Positions 10,177 to 19,255 of a DNA stretch of 64,000 nucleotides are shown piece by piece (the first letter of the stretch is position 1; each line of letters begins with the position of its first letter). The DNA comes from Candidatus Moraniibacteriota bacterium (GTDB taxonomy: Bacteria > Patescibacteriota > Minisyncoccia > Moranbacterales > UBA1568), in the NCBI GenBank assembly GCA_017983435.1, contig JAGOBM010000004.1, positions 3,818-67,817 of the forward strand. Direction: 5' to 3'. The position numbers and the translations under genes were made by a program. The notes beneath the pieces are model-generated. The model made no database searches, was not told the DNA's origin, and saw only the letters and a list, made by a program, of their open reading frames with translations.

Positions 10177-10212
10177 CCCCTCCCTACCCTCCCCTTGGAA
10201 AGGGGAGGGGGT
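10177..10212. repeat. GC-rich hairpin-forming inverted repeat, right arm flanking DUF559 gene
   Basis: CCCCTCCCTACCCTCCCCTTGGAAAGGGGAGGGGG. Inverted copy of 9783-9814. Confidence 0.6.
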
Positions 10213-10862
10213 TAGCTCACCATGTTTGTGATGTCTTTAAAAATAGTTTCTTTGTCGAGCGAGGCGTCGATGGTGATCATATCCCACTCTGAAAGTTTCT
10301 GATTGAAAAGCGACTGCTTGGTACGGAGGTAGTCAATGCCTTGCTCCGGGGCGCGGTCTCGGGACATGATGGCCTCGGGAGCTAGGTCAAAATAAAATGC
10401 AGCGTCTGGGTCGGGTAACAAATAACAGCTAACCGTTAACAATAGTCCTTGTTTCTTGTTCACTGCCGACGGCTGATTGTTTTTTGTTGACTGTTGATTG
10501 TTGATTGATCGGAGGTATTCGATATTTATGATCGAGTCGTAGAAGTACCGATCGGAAATCAGATAGTCGCAGCCTTCCTTCCGTAAGCGTGATAAGAGCA
10601 GGCGGAAGCGGAGGATATCGATGAGCAGGAATTTCTCGCGGAGCAGGATGGAGATATACGAGGCCTGGGTGACGGCCTTCTCCTGTCCGGGCTCGAATGT
10701 TTTTTGTCCCTTGAGGCAACGAGCCAGCTTGTTGGCCAGCGAGAAATCGACGGCATGAAAATACGAGACGGTGTGGCCCTCTCGGAGAAGGTGTTCTTTC
10801 AAGAGATCGAGCTGAGTAGATTTGCCAGAGCCATCGACGCCTGAGAGGGTGATGAAACGCAT
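10212..10862 (-). CDS. tmk: thymidylate (dTMP) kinase with an A/T-rich low-complexity insertion
   Basis: P-loop ITLSGVDGSGKSTQ at the N-terminus and dTMP kinase-like LID/DRY region (LISDRYFYDS). Internal insertion NNQQSTKNNQPSAVNKKQ is encoded by a CAATCAA-type heptamer tract at 10440-10510. Confidence 0.7.
   Translation of the reverse strand: MRFITLSGVDGSGKSTQLDLLKEHLLREGHTVSYFHAVDFSLANKLARCLKGQKTFEPGQEKAVTQASYISILLREKFLLIDILRFRLLLSRLRKEGCDYLISDRYFYDSIINIEYLRSINNQQSTKNNQPSAVNKKQGLLLTVSCYLLPDPDAAFYFDLAPEAIMSRDRAPEQGIDYLRTKQSLFNQKLSEWDMITIDASLDKETIFKDITNMVS
10441..10510. repeat. A/T-rich heptamer-like tract (TTGATTG/CAATCAA)n inside tmk
   Basis: gttgactgttgattgttgattgat on the plus strand. 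Locally AT-rich in a GC-rich gene, in frame. Confidence 0.55.
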
Positions 10863-10920
10863 ATGATAAGCCTTTTTCCTGATTTCTATGCTATTCTAGC
10901 ATACAAGATGTCCCTCTGGT

Positions 10921-12393
10921 ATGGATATGGAACGGACGTGGAAATATCTCCTGTATGCCTTTGTCGGTCTGCTGCCGCTGCAGACGGTGTATTTGCTGCG
11001 CGAAGTCTTCATCGGGGGAGAGAAATGGCAGTATGGGACCATTGCTGTCTATGTGTCAGATAGCATATTGTTTTCAGTTCTTATTCTCTTTTTTATTTCT
11101 GGTGATTACGCCGGGAAGATTTTTGATTTTAGATATTGGATTTTCGATCTAAAATCCAGAATCAAGAATCTAAAATCAGAATCAGTGCTGCCTATAGCAC
11201 TGATTCTCTGGGCCGGCCTGTCTATCCTCTGGGCGCCGGATCAGATGCTTGCGGGATATTTCGTCATGAAGCTCGCGCTCGCGGTCGGAGTGTTTTTGAT
11301 GGTGAGATCTTTGGATGAGAAAGAATCCAGGATAGCGGTTCTTCTCGTGGTTATCGGTGCGGTCTTGGAGGGCGCTCTCGGAGTATGGCAATTCCTCGCC
11401 CAATCGACATTCGCATCGACACTGCTTGGTATGAGCGCGCATGAGGCGGGCCAGGCCGGGACGTCGGTCTTGAAGCTCGGGGATGGCCGCTGGCTCCGGG
11501 CATACGGCACACTGCCGCATCCCAATATGCTCGGAGGATTCCTGGCGGCGGCGCTCGTGCTCGGAATCGGATACCTCACCCGTTTTGGAAAAGACTCTTT
11601 GTGTACCGTGCTGATGAGCCGTGCAGAGCTTCGGGAGAGCGGTGCTTCTCTCTGGGATCGATTCATAGATACGGTCCGGATGTCTGGTATAACTCTAGCC
11701 GGAGCGATGCTGCTACTCGGTCTCCTCCTGACGTTTTCCCGATCGGCATGGCTGGGTGCCGCTCTCGGCATCACTGTTCTCGCTACCTATTTCTTTTTCC
11801 AATCAAAATCAGCAAAATCAGAAAGTAACATAATTCCACGGCCGTCAGATTATGTAACATTTTATAAAACAATTTTTGTGCTGGTAGCGGTAGGGATAGC
11901 GTTTGTCGGGGTGTTACGCACACAGATTTTCCCACGATTTGATAGTGCGGTCATCGCCGCTGAAGGATCGGTCTCAGAGCGCGTGCAGTCGCTTTGGGAT
12001 GCTGAGCGCGTCATCGGCGAGGGGAATATACTGATCGGGACCGGAGTCGGCAACTTCACGGCTGAGATGATGCGATTGCAGCCTGATCGGCCCGTGTGGA
12101 GCATCCAGCCGGCGCACAATGTCTTCGTGCTCATCTTCGCTGAGCTCGGCCTGGTCGGATTTGTGTTGTTTATCGGATTCCTTGCGCCTGTCATTCTGAG
12201 CGCAGTGAAGAATCCCGAGATTCCTCGACAGGCTCGGAATGACAAAGGGTATCGTGTGATGAGTATTGCTGCTCTTGGGGCGCTCCTCCCGAGCCTTCTC
12301 CTCGATCATTGGCTCTGGACCTCACATTTCGGTCTACTGCTTCTCTCTATGCTCCTCGGTATCGCCGCGCGGAAATACGGAAATCTTGCTTAA
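10921..12393 (+). CDS. O-antigen ligase / Wzy_C family membrane protein
   Basis: 490 aa polytopic protein. The LLLTFSRSAWLGAALG motif and a large periplasmic loop are typical of WaaL/O-antigen polymerase family. Carries two A-rich heptamer insertions. Confidence 0.65.
   Translation: MDMERTWKYLLYAFVGLLPLQTVYLLREVFIGGEKWQYGTIAVYVSDSILFSVLILFFISGDYAGKIFDFRYWIFDLKSRIKNLKSESVLPIALILWAGLSILWAPDQMLAGYFVMKLALAVGVFLMVRSLDEKESRIAVLLVVIGAVLEGALGVWQFLAQSTFASTLLGMSAHEAGQAGTSVLKLGDGRWLRAYGTLPHPNMLGGFLAAALVLGIGYLTRFGKDSLCTVLMSRAELRESGASLWDRFIDTVRMSGITLAGAMLLLGLLLTFSRSAWLGAALGITVLATYFFFQSKSAKSESNIIPRPSDYVTFYKTIFVLVAVGIAFVGVLRTQIFPRFDSAVIAAEGSVSERVQSLWDAERVIGEGNILIGTGVGNFTAEMMRLQPDRPVWSIQPAHNVFVLIFAELGLVGFVLFIGFLAPVILSAVKNPEIPRQARNDKGYRVMSIAALGALLPSLLLDHWLWTSHFGLLLLSMLLGIAARKYGNLA
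11120..11186. repeat. A-rich heptamer repeat tract (GATTTTR / AAAATCY units, both orientations) in frame within O-antigen ligase gene
   Basis: tttgattttagatattggattttcgatctaaaatccagaatcaagaatctaaaatcagaatcag. Includes palindrome ggattttcgatctaaaatcc. Encodes IFDLKSRIKNLKSES. Confidence 0.6.
11800..11826. repeat. A-rich repeat (CAAAATCAG x2) in frame within O-antigen ligase gene
   Basis: ccaatcaaaatcagcaaaatcagaaag encodes FQSKSAKSES. Confidence 0.5.
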
Positions 12394-12581
12394 AATCAGC
12401 GAAGTTGTTAGACTCTTTTAGAAGAATATTTTTATATGTTGCACAACCATTCCATAAAAACCTGGTCGGGCTTTGTCGGTAACCACGCAATTCTTTCCTG
12501 ATTGAGCGGTGGTTTTTCTGTGTTTGATTCGATACGCCACCTCTCTCAGGCGGTTTTTTGTTTTTTCAAAGGAGAAGAGAA

Positions 12582-13406
12582 ATGTCTGCTTCGGAATCCG
12601 GCATCAAGATTTCCAATCGTGATTTTTCCATGGTTCTTTCACATCAATATCCGGCAAAAGTGATTATATCCGTCCCGCATGATGGGTCAATCAGGGATGA
12701 CTTTTCAGGAATATTCCGGAGGTCATCTGGCGTGACTGTGCGTGATATGCACGTGTGGTTAATCGTCAACGATATCATCCAACGATGTTTGCGGTTCGGA
12801 ACAAGAGTCGATGCGACCCGTTTTCTCATGGCACGTACCTACGTGGATGTGAATCGTGAAAGGCTAGGAGAACCGAATCTTTGTCCTGATACTCTCGGGC
12901 AGGCGGCTTTCGATGACCCCGATCTCGAAACGGTATACGGGCACTATCACAGTGAGCTTGTTCGGCTTTTAGACGCATCAGTCCGAGAATATGGAGCAGA
13001 GAATGTCTTATTTCTCGATATGCACGGTTTCAGCAAGCAGCCACTGTCTGTCCATGGTCAGGTCGCTCAGAACAGAATTGATGAGAATCCCATATATGCA
13101 TCGTATGATCTGATACTCGGAACCGCCAATCGAACGACGATCAACCACGGAGAAATAGATCGTCAATTTGAGGATTTTATGACTCGGAAAAGTTATGCGG
13201 TATTTTTGCCCAAAGAAAAACCGATATCTCCAGAAGGTGATCCCTATAGCGCCGGACATATTACCCGCCTTTATGCCAAAAAATACAGGATAAACGCGAT
13301 CCAAGTAGAGATTGACGCCCGTTTTCGAAGAAGTGAACAAGCCAGGGAAGCGGGTGAAAAATTAGCTTGGGATATGGCGGAGTTTTTGTCCGAACACTAC
13401 GCATAA
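12582..13406 (+). CDS. N-formylglutamate amidohydrolase (FGase) family protein
   Basis: Motifs VIISVPHDG, ARTYVDVNRE and LFLDMHGF match the FGase family metal-binding signature. SD aaggag lies 8 nt upstream of ATG 12582. Track start 12558 is probably too long. Confidence 0.6.
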   Translation: MSASESGIKISNRDFSMVLSHQYPAKVIISVPHDGSIRDDFSGIFRRSSGVTVRDMHVWLIVNDIIQRCLRFGTRVDATRFLMARTYVDVNRERLGEPNLCPDTLGQAAFDDPDLETVYGHYHSELVRLLDASVREYGAENVLFLDMHGFSKQPLSVHGQVAQNRIDENPIYASYDLILGTANRTTINHGEIDRQFEDFMTRKSYAVFLPKEKPISPEGDPYSAGHITRLYAKKYRINAIQVEIDARFRRSEQAREAGEKLAWDMAEFLSEHYA

Positions 13407-13494
13407 CATGCATCAAAAAACCGCTTCGGTCTATTATGACGAAGCGGTTTTGATTTTTTGCTGACTGTTAATTGTTTTCTGTTTGCTGATTTCC

Positions 13495-14997
13495 CTAGTA
13501 CATGATCACCGAGATCGGCTGCATGCGGGCGACGGGTTTTACGATCTGATTCTCGATGACGCTTTCGATGACATCGTCAGAGCGTTTGTAGTGGGAGGAA
13601 TCCTGTTCGATGACTTTGGATGATCGGCCGTTGTAGAGACGGACGCCTTTCGCTTCCAATTTCTTATCGAGCTCGGCTTTGTTCTCTGGGATGACGTCTT
13701 CGGTCTTCTGGGCGGATTTGCCGGCGCCGTGATTGCAGGAGAAGAAGCTCGACTCATTGCCGTCCTGACCCACGCAGAGGAAGGCCTCGGTCGACATCGA
13801 GGTTGGGATGAAGGCCGGCTCACCGGTCTCCTTGAAGAGCGGGTGATCGCTCATGCGGGACGGACCGTAGGCGCGGCTGGTGCCGTTGCGGTGCACCCAG
13901 ATCTTCTTCCCGTAGTGTTCTTCCTGGGAGACGAGGATATGCGGCATATCGTAAAGGAGCTCCATGCCGATATCGCGGCCGAGGACGCGCTTAGCGGTCT
14001 GGGCGACATTGTGCGCGATGACAGCGCGGTTGGCATGGGCGAAGTTCGAGCAGGCGTTGCGAGCGGCCATGTAGAGCTTCCCATCCTCGCCCTCGCCATC
14101 AAACTCGATAAGCGGCTCCTGCTTGCCAAAATCAGACTGGCGGATCTTTTCGGCGATGGCCTTGACCGTCGCTTTGTATGGCGTGCGCCAGAAGAAGCGT
14201 CCGATATTCATGAGGATGGCGGTCGAGAGATGCTCGCGCTTCTTGGCGGTATACATGTACATCGTGTACTGGCCGAGTATGCCGGAGCCGCAGTGGACCA
14301 TGAAGAGGTAGTCGCCGTTCTTGACCCCGAGCTTCTCGGCTGTGGCCGCGTCTTCGATGCCAGTGACCTTCATAAGATCGAGGAAATGATTGCCGGCAGC
14401 ACCGAGTATGCCGGAGCGGAACTGGGCGAAGAAGAGGAAGAGCGGAGGGATGACATCGGTGATCTCTTTCGAGGTCATCTCGCGATCGAAGAAATTACCG
14501 CGGTCAAGGGAGTTCTCAACCTCATGCTTGGTCTTGATACCCAAGTGGTCGATGAGCGGGCGGATACCTCGGCGGCAGATATCGACGATGACGCGGAAAG
14601 GGAGATAGGTGCCGACATAGGCTTTGGTCGGGACTTCCGGGACGAGTGCTTCGAAGAGCTGCTTGAGCTCTTCCTCGGTGATGTTGCTCTCATTGAGATT
14701 GGTGCGGACGAGGCGCATACCGCAGGCCGGGTCGCTGTCATTGAGCTGCGAGAGGATAGCATGCTCGGACGTGACGGTGGTGCCGGTCGCGTTCTTGCGG
14801 CCCGGTTTGCTGTGTACGTCGGCCATCGCCGCGATATGATGGAATATCTGGCTATTGCTCGCGACGCTCTCGAGCTGGGCCAGGGTCGACTCATTGGGCA
14901 TGAGCTGGTCCTGGACATGAAAAACGACCGGGACTTGCATCTTTTCGGTCTGCATCTCGCTCCGGTAGTCGGATATTTTTTTGAGAGGATAGGTCAT
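13495..14997 (-). CDS. rtcB: RtcB-family RNA 3'-phosphate ligase
   Basis: 500 aa. Motifs ADVHSKPG, MVHCGSG, NHGAGK are spaced as in RtcB. Large antisense ORF 13729-15012 rejected. Confidence 0.55.
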   Translation of the reverse strand: MTYPLKKISDYRSEMQTEKMQVPVVFHVQDQLMPNESTLAQLESVASNSQIFHHIAAMADVHSKPGRKNATGTTVTSEHAILSQLNDSDPACGMRLVRTNLNESNITEEELKQLFEALVPEVPTKAYVGTYLPFRVIVDICRRGIRPLIDHLGIKTKHEVENSLDRGNFFDREMTSKEITDVIPPLFLFFAQFRSGILGAAGNHFLDLMKVTGIEDAATAEKLGVKNGDYLFMVHCGSGILGQYTMYMYTAKKREHLSTAILMNIGRFFWRTPYKATVKAIAEKIRQSDFGKQEPLIEFDGEGEDGKLYMAARNACSNFAHANRAVIAHNVAQTAKRVLGRDIGMELLYDMPHILVSQEEHYGKKIWVHRNGTSRAYGPSRMSDHPLFKETGEPAFIPTSMSTEAFLCVGQDGNESSFFSCNHGAGKSAQKTEDVIPENKAELDKKLEAKGVRLYNGRSSKVIEQDSSHYKRSDDVIESVIENQIVKPVARMQPISVIMY

Positions 14998-15003
14998 ATT
15001 TTT

Positions 15004-16119
15004 TTAGAGTGATTCATAAATAGTTTCGTACTGCTTGACGGTATCTGCCAGGTCAAAGGAGCGTTTGACAAAGGCGCGCGCCTGATGGCCTAGGGATGTC
15101 CGGGTCTCGGGGTGTTCCTGGAGAAATGTGATTGTTTCGGTCAACGCCGTTTTTGAACCTCGTGGTATGGTAACGCATACATCGCTTCCTGAGAACTCTT
15201 GAAAGATCGGTAGGTCGGAGAGGATGACCGGCTTGCCGCAGGCGTAGGCTTCGATGATGACGAGCGGGACATCGAACTTGCCGCGCATATCACCGACTGG
15301 GAAGGCCATAATATCGGCGAGATTGTAGAGCTTCGGCATGTCGGCGTAGGTGTCGGTGAAGCGGATACGGTCGAGGATACCGGCGGCTGCGAAGCGTTCG
15401 GTGATTTCGACTTTTTTCAGCCGGTCGTCCTCGTGTTTCACGCGGCAGGCGAAGACGAATTTCAGAGCGGAATCCGGGTGGGTATGATAGTACTCGATGA
15501 GCCACTCGGCGAGCATGTCGGTCGCTCCGAGGCGGACGTATTCGCCCGGGTACATGACGATGAAATCATCCGGGGTCAGATTGAAAAAAGCGAGAGCCTC
15601 GGCGTCTTTGGGCTGCGGTTGGTAGAGCGAAAGATCGATTCCCGGGTAGATGCGGGTGACATTGTCGAAGCCGACGCGCTCGAGGATATGTTTGGAATGG
15701 TCCGAGTAGACGATGATGCGATCAGCGAAGAGGAGCTGTCTCCATTGTTTGGCACCGTAGAGATCCTCGCGCAGGGTAGCGATGGTCTGTATGGTCTTGC
15801 CGTGCGTCGGGCGGCTGAAAAAGTTGATGAGGGAGGTATTCTTGCGAGTCGGCGTGAAGAGATAGTGCGTGATATCGAACTTGTTGCGGAGGCCGCGGAG
15901 AGCGGACAGGAGACGGAGCTTCTCGGAAAAATCCAGCTCGTTCTTGGTGTAGCAGGGGATCTGGGTCACGTTGGCTGGTAGATCAGGCAACCAAGTCGGC
16001 GTCGTCAGGATGCTGACGTGATGGCTCTCCATCGACTTGGCGAGGAAATAGGCGAAGTTCTTGGAGGCCTCATCCCAGGGCGGGACGAGCGGGCGGGTCG
16101 CAAGGAGAATCTTTTTCAT
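15004..16119 (-). CDS. glycosyltransferase family 4 (GT-B fold)
   Basis: C-terminal GT4 motif region (GDMRGKFDVPLVIIEAYACGKPVILSDLP). Conserved part begins at MKKILLATRPLVPPWDEASKNF (Met83 of track ORF 15004-16365). The upstream extension overlaps the divergent gene at 16307. Confidence 0.65.
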   Translation of the reverse strand: MKKILLATRPLVPPWDEASKNFAYFLAKSMESHHVSILTTPTWLPDLPANVTQIPCYTKNELDFSEKLRLLSALRGLRNKFDITHYLFTPTRKNTSLINFFSRPTHGKTIQTIATLREDLYGAKQWRQLLFADRIIVYSDHSKHILERVGFDNVTRIYPGIDLSLYQPQPKDAEALAFFNLTPDDFIVMYPGEYVRLGATDMLAEWLIEYYHTHPDSALKFVFACRVKHEDDRLKKVEITERFAAAGILDRIRFTDTYADMPKLYNLADIMAFPVGDMRGKFDVPLVIIEAYACGKPVILSDLPIFQEFSGSDVCVTIPRGSKTALTETITFLQEHPETRTSLGHQARAFVKRSFDLADTVKQYETIYESL

Positions 16120-16306
16120 AGGCGATGGGAGAGCGTATTGGTGAAGAGATACGTCTGTATTGTACCGCATTTTCAGCCGATGAGAGAAATCCGAGCCTGG
16201 ATGCTTGTATGAGCCGTCAGTCTTGATTTTTTCATGGAAATGTGACAGATTGCTGGTGAGTTCTTTGGTATCTTTCTGAGTACTTTTTTTTTCGAAAGGA
16301 ATTATC

Positions 16307-16858
16307 ATGCCATCTTTGATCGCATTATCCCAGATGCAATGGTCGGTTCTTGGTATCAGTCTCATCCTATTTTTCTTTCTGTTCCAGCGGTTGAGAGTCC
16401 GGACGGCTGTCGCCCAGCGGCAGCACGATGGTTGGCATGCATTGCCAGAGTCCAGCGGTATAACGAGCTATCGGGCCAGTGGCTGCGAAGATCACTTTAT
16501 CGCTGATCTGACGGATCATTTTCCGGGGAGGTTTTCGGATGAGGATCGGCAGTGGATGCGTCTGTTCCTCGAGGGACTTCCTGGGGACATGACCATATTC
16601 TTGCGGTTGGCACCGGTGCGTATCCATTCTGAGTCTCGTGATGCGGAACCGATGCGTACGGATTCTGCTTTGCCTCCGCTTCAGGATTTCTGGATACAAT
16701 CGCTCTCAGTGAAGGGGGCGATGGCGTGCTATGAATCGGTATTCACGATTCCTCCAGTGCATCAGCCCGATAGCCAGCGGCTGGTGTTCGCTCGTCCGGA
16801 AGAAGACGGAAGAGACGATACCATCCTGGTATTCGTGCCCAAATATGTGATGCGATAG
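16307..16858 (+). CDS. hypothetical membrane-anchored protein
   Basis: 183-aa ORF with an N-terminal TM helix, followed by a strong terminator. Confidence 0.45.
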   Translation: MPSLIALSQMQWSVLGISLILFFFLFQRLRVRTAVAQRQHDGWHALPESSGITSYRASGCEDHFIADLTDHFPGRFSDEDRQWMRLFLEGLPGDMTIFLRLAPVRIHSESRDAEPMRTDSALPPLQDFWIQSLSVKGAMACYESVFTIPPVHQPDSQRLVFARPEEDGRDDTILVFVPKYVMR

Positions 16859-16878
16859 CATGCAACGCCAAAGCAAAA

Positions 16879-16917
16879 GCCCCCCGGTGTCAGAGACATT
16901 CGGGGGCCTTTTTTTAT
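16879..16917. terminator. bidirectional intrinsic terminator
   Basis: GCCCCCCG...CGGGGGC hairpin followed by T8. The reverse complement also ends in a T-rich tract. Confidence 0.65.
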
Positions 16918-16933
16918 TACCAAACGAAGTGAG

Positions 16934-17299
16934 TTATTTCCGGTAGATGGAGAAGATATCTTCAGGGTGATCGGTCGGCCAGACTCGGATTTCGGCAGCG
17001 AGAGCCGGTTCGATAATCCGTTCTGTCCGGACCGGGACCGATATGATATGCGTTTCAATCGGAGCATCGCCGTTTCGGAGCTCATACGTGAAGGAGGATG
17101 ATCCGGTGTGGTTGACGATGATGAAGCGGCTATCATCCGCATCGGCCGGCGCGGCAAACGCGAGGGTCCACCAGCTCTTCCGATAGTCGGGATCGAGCTC
17201 ACGGTCATTTTTCATGAAGAGGAAGGCCGCCGAGAGGAAGAGGAGTCCGGCGATGATGAGGGCTGAGACGTGGCGTTTCAAGGGGGTATCAGCGGGCAT
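16934..17299 (-). CDS. hypothetical membrane-anchored protein
   Basis: Start at internal Met (MPADTPLKRHVSALIIAGLLFLSAAFLF, signal anchor). The longer track ORF would overlap the upstream gene. Confidence 0.45.
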   Translation of the reverse strand: MPADTPLKRHVSALIIAGLLFLSAAFLFMKNDRELDPDYRKSWWTLAFAAPADADDSRFIIVNHTGSSSFTYELRNGDAPIETHIISVPVRTERIIEPALAAEIRVWPTDHPEDIFSIYRK

Positions 17300-19205
17300 A
17301 GATGTGGATCTTATCAGATGCGTAGACACGGGAGAATCCGGGGGATTTCTCGAATTGAGGGGCATCGAAACGGGGATTGACGATGACGTAGTTCGTACCG
17401 GTCCCATCGAAACATTCTTGGCCGCGGGGGGTATTCGGGATGGCGATCATATCGAGAGTGCAGCGCTCGCGGTCGCTCGATTCATAGCGGCTGAAATAAC
17501 CTCGGGAGAGCGGGAAGAAGTAGTCGCGCATAAAGAAGTGCTTCATCCAGGCATCGGCGACGATATAATTGTGATCTTTGAGCACGACGTCGTCGGTATC
17601 GGTGCGGTAGGCTAGGTAGCGGGAGGCGGCGAATGTCTCTATGGCTTCGGCGGATTTCGGTGCCGCGAGGAGTGATTGGCCGTTGTCGGAAAAGCCGGAA
17701 GCGATGGTGAAGACGAACATGATCGAAACGAGCGGGAGAGCGAGCGGATGGCGCTTCTGTCGGGCTGCGAGGATGATCAGCCAGGCGAGGCCGATGCTCG
17801 CAGCGATGCCCATCGGGAAAGAGAAATACGTGCCGATGCGATTGGACGGGATATTGAGGAAGAGCCAGTCCGGACGATAGGCCATCAGGAAGAGCATGCC
17901 GGTCCAGCCGAGGAGGAGGCTCGCGGTGAGGGAGCGATGGAAGATCATAGCAGCGAGGATGAGTCCGACGATGCCGATGGCGAAGCGGGCCTCGCCGGCC
18001 GTCGAGGTGATCTGATCGAAAGAGAGTCCGATCCGGGTGACTTTGGTCGGTGTGCCGAGCGCGGTACCGACGGCGTGCGTCTCGATATAGGTCGGCATGG
18101 CGACGAGAAAGAAGAAGCAGATAGCGATGCCGGCAACGATGAGCGGAACCGGTTTCAGGCAAGTGGCGATGATATCCCGGCCGAGCGACCGGAGTGATCT
18201 GAGGTGGCTCGCGACGACGAGTACCCCGATGCCGGCGAGGGCGTAGAGCAGTATGAGGGTCGAGAGATGATGAGTATAGGCGAGGGCAAAGGTGAAGACG
18301 AATCCGAGTCCGAGCAGCCGGGGATTCTTCTCCTGGAAAGCGCGCAGGAAGAGGAGCAGGATGATTGGTATGAAGAGATTGCCGAAGATATTGCCGATGA
18401 CGCCGCCTGAGACGAATTTGGCCTGCGGCGATGCCAGCGTGTAGAGCGGGCCGAAGAGGAAGAGCGCTGAGAGGGCAGCGAGCTCTGGAGAGACCAGGCG
18501 CTTGAGCGAAGAGCCATCGACCAGCCGGTAGGCCAGGACGACGAGCGCGAACAGGCTCATGATATTGATGATGAGCAAGAAGACGATCGGGAAAGCGGAG
18601 AAGAAATCCTCTCCGGTCAGGAAAGCGATCGCTGCGATTGGCAGATGTTCGCCGATGATGAAGTCGGCGATCGGCGCCGGTTCGGCGATATGGATATTGC
18701 CGGGCTCATCGATTACTTCACTCTCCCGGTAGTCCGGCAGGGCCTGTGTCTCGACTATAGTCTTGGCCCAGTAGAGATGGTGGCCGAGATCGGTCGCTGT
18801 CGGGACGATGGCATCGGAGAGATAGAGCGTCTTGATGCCGAGGGTGAGGGCGAAAAGGAGGATAAAGAGCGTGCGATGCCGTTTCGACCGGGTCAGCGGA
18901 AGGACATGGCGCTCATCGAGGAGTGGCGCGCGCGGATGGAACCGCTTCCGGTAGGCGATGCCGGCAGCGATCGGGATAAGGAGGGTGAGTGCGATGACGA
19001 TACTGCCGAGCGGTATGCCGGCCCGACCGATCGCGATCATCGAGAAATCGACCAACGTGATGCCGAGCACGAATGAGAACAGCAGAGCCTCAATCCGGAG
19101 GTAGGATTCTTGTGCGACGAAGAAGAGGCGCCAGACAACATAGCCCGCTCCGAGTATGAGCGAGAGGGCTATGAAAAACAGGAATGTGTGGAATATCGGA
19201 GTCAT
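17289..19205 (-). CDS. large polytopic membrane protein of unknown family (candidate glycan polymerase / GT-C-like enzyme)
   Basis: 638 aa with ~14 predicted TM helices and a C-terminal soluble domain. Embedded between glycosyltransferase genes. No recognisable signature. Confidence 0.5.
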   Translation of the reverse strand: MTPIFHTFLFFIALSLILGAGYVVWRLFFVAQESYLRIEALLFSFVLGITLVDFSMIAIGRAGIPLGSIVIALTLLIPIAAGIAYRKRFHPRAPLLDERHVLPLTRSKRHRTLFILLFALTLGIKTLYLSDAIVPTATDLGHHLYWAKTIVETQALPDYRESEVIDEPGNIHIAEPAPIADFIIGEHLPIAAIAFLTGEDFFSAFPIVFLLIINIMSLFALVVLAYRLVDGSSLKRLVSPELAALSALFLFGPLYTLASPQAKFVSGGVIGNIFGNLFIPIILLLFLRAFQEKNPRLLGLGFVFTFALAYTHHLSTLILLYALAGIGVLVVASHLRSLRSLGRDIIATCLKPVPLIVAGIAICFFFLVAMPTYIETHAVGTALGTPTKVTRIGLSFDQITSTAGEARFAIGIVGLILAAMIFHRSLTASLLLGWTGMLFLMAYRPDWLFLNIPSNRIGTYFSFPMGIAASIGLAWLIILAARQKRHPLALPLVSIMFVFTIASGFSDNGQSLLAAPKSAEAIETFAASRYLAYRTDTDDVVLKDHNYIVADAWMKHFFMRDYFFPLSRGYFSRYESSDRERCTLDMIAIPNTPRGQECFDGTGTNYVIVNPRFDAPQFEKSPGFSRVYASDKIHIYAR

Positions 19206-19255
19206 GTGCTAGCGCGGATCTTTTTCCCTGGCGGGATACCTCTCTAGTATAGCAT

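Noticed and set aside
13729-15012. 427-aa plus-strand ORF
   Set aside because: Antisense to the RtcB gene. Its translation is low-complexity (E/D/G/R/L/A rich) with no motifs.
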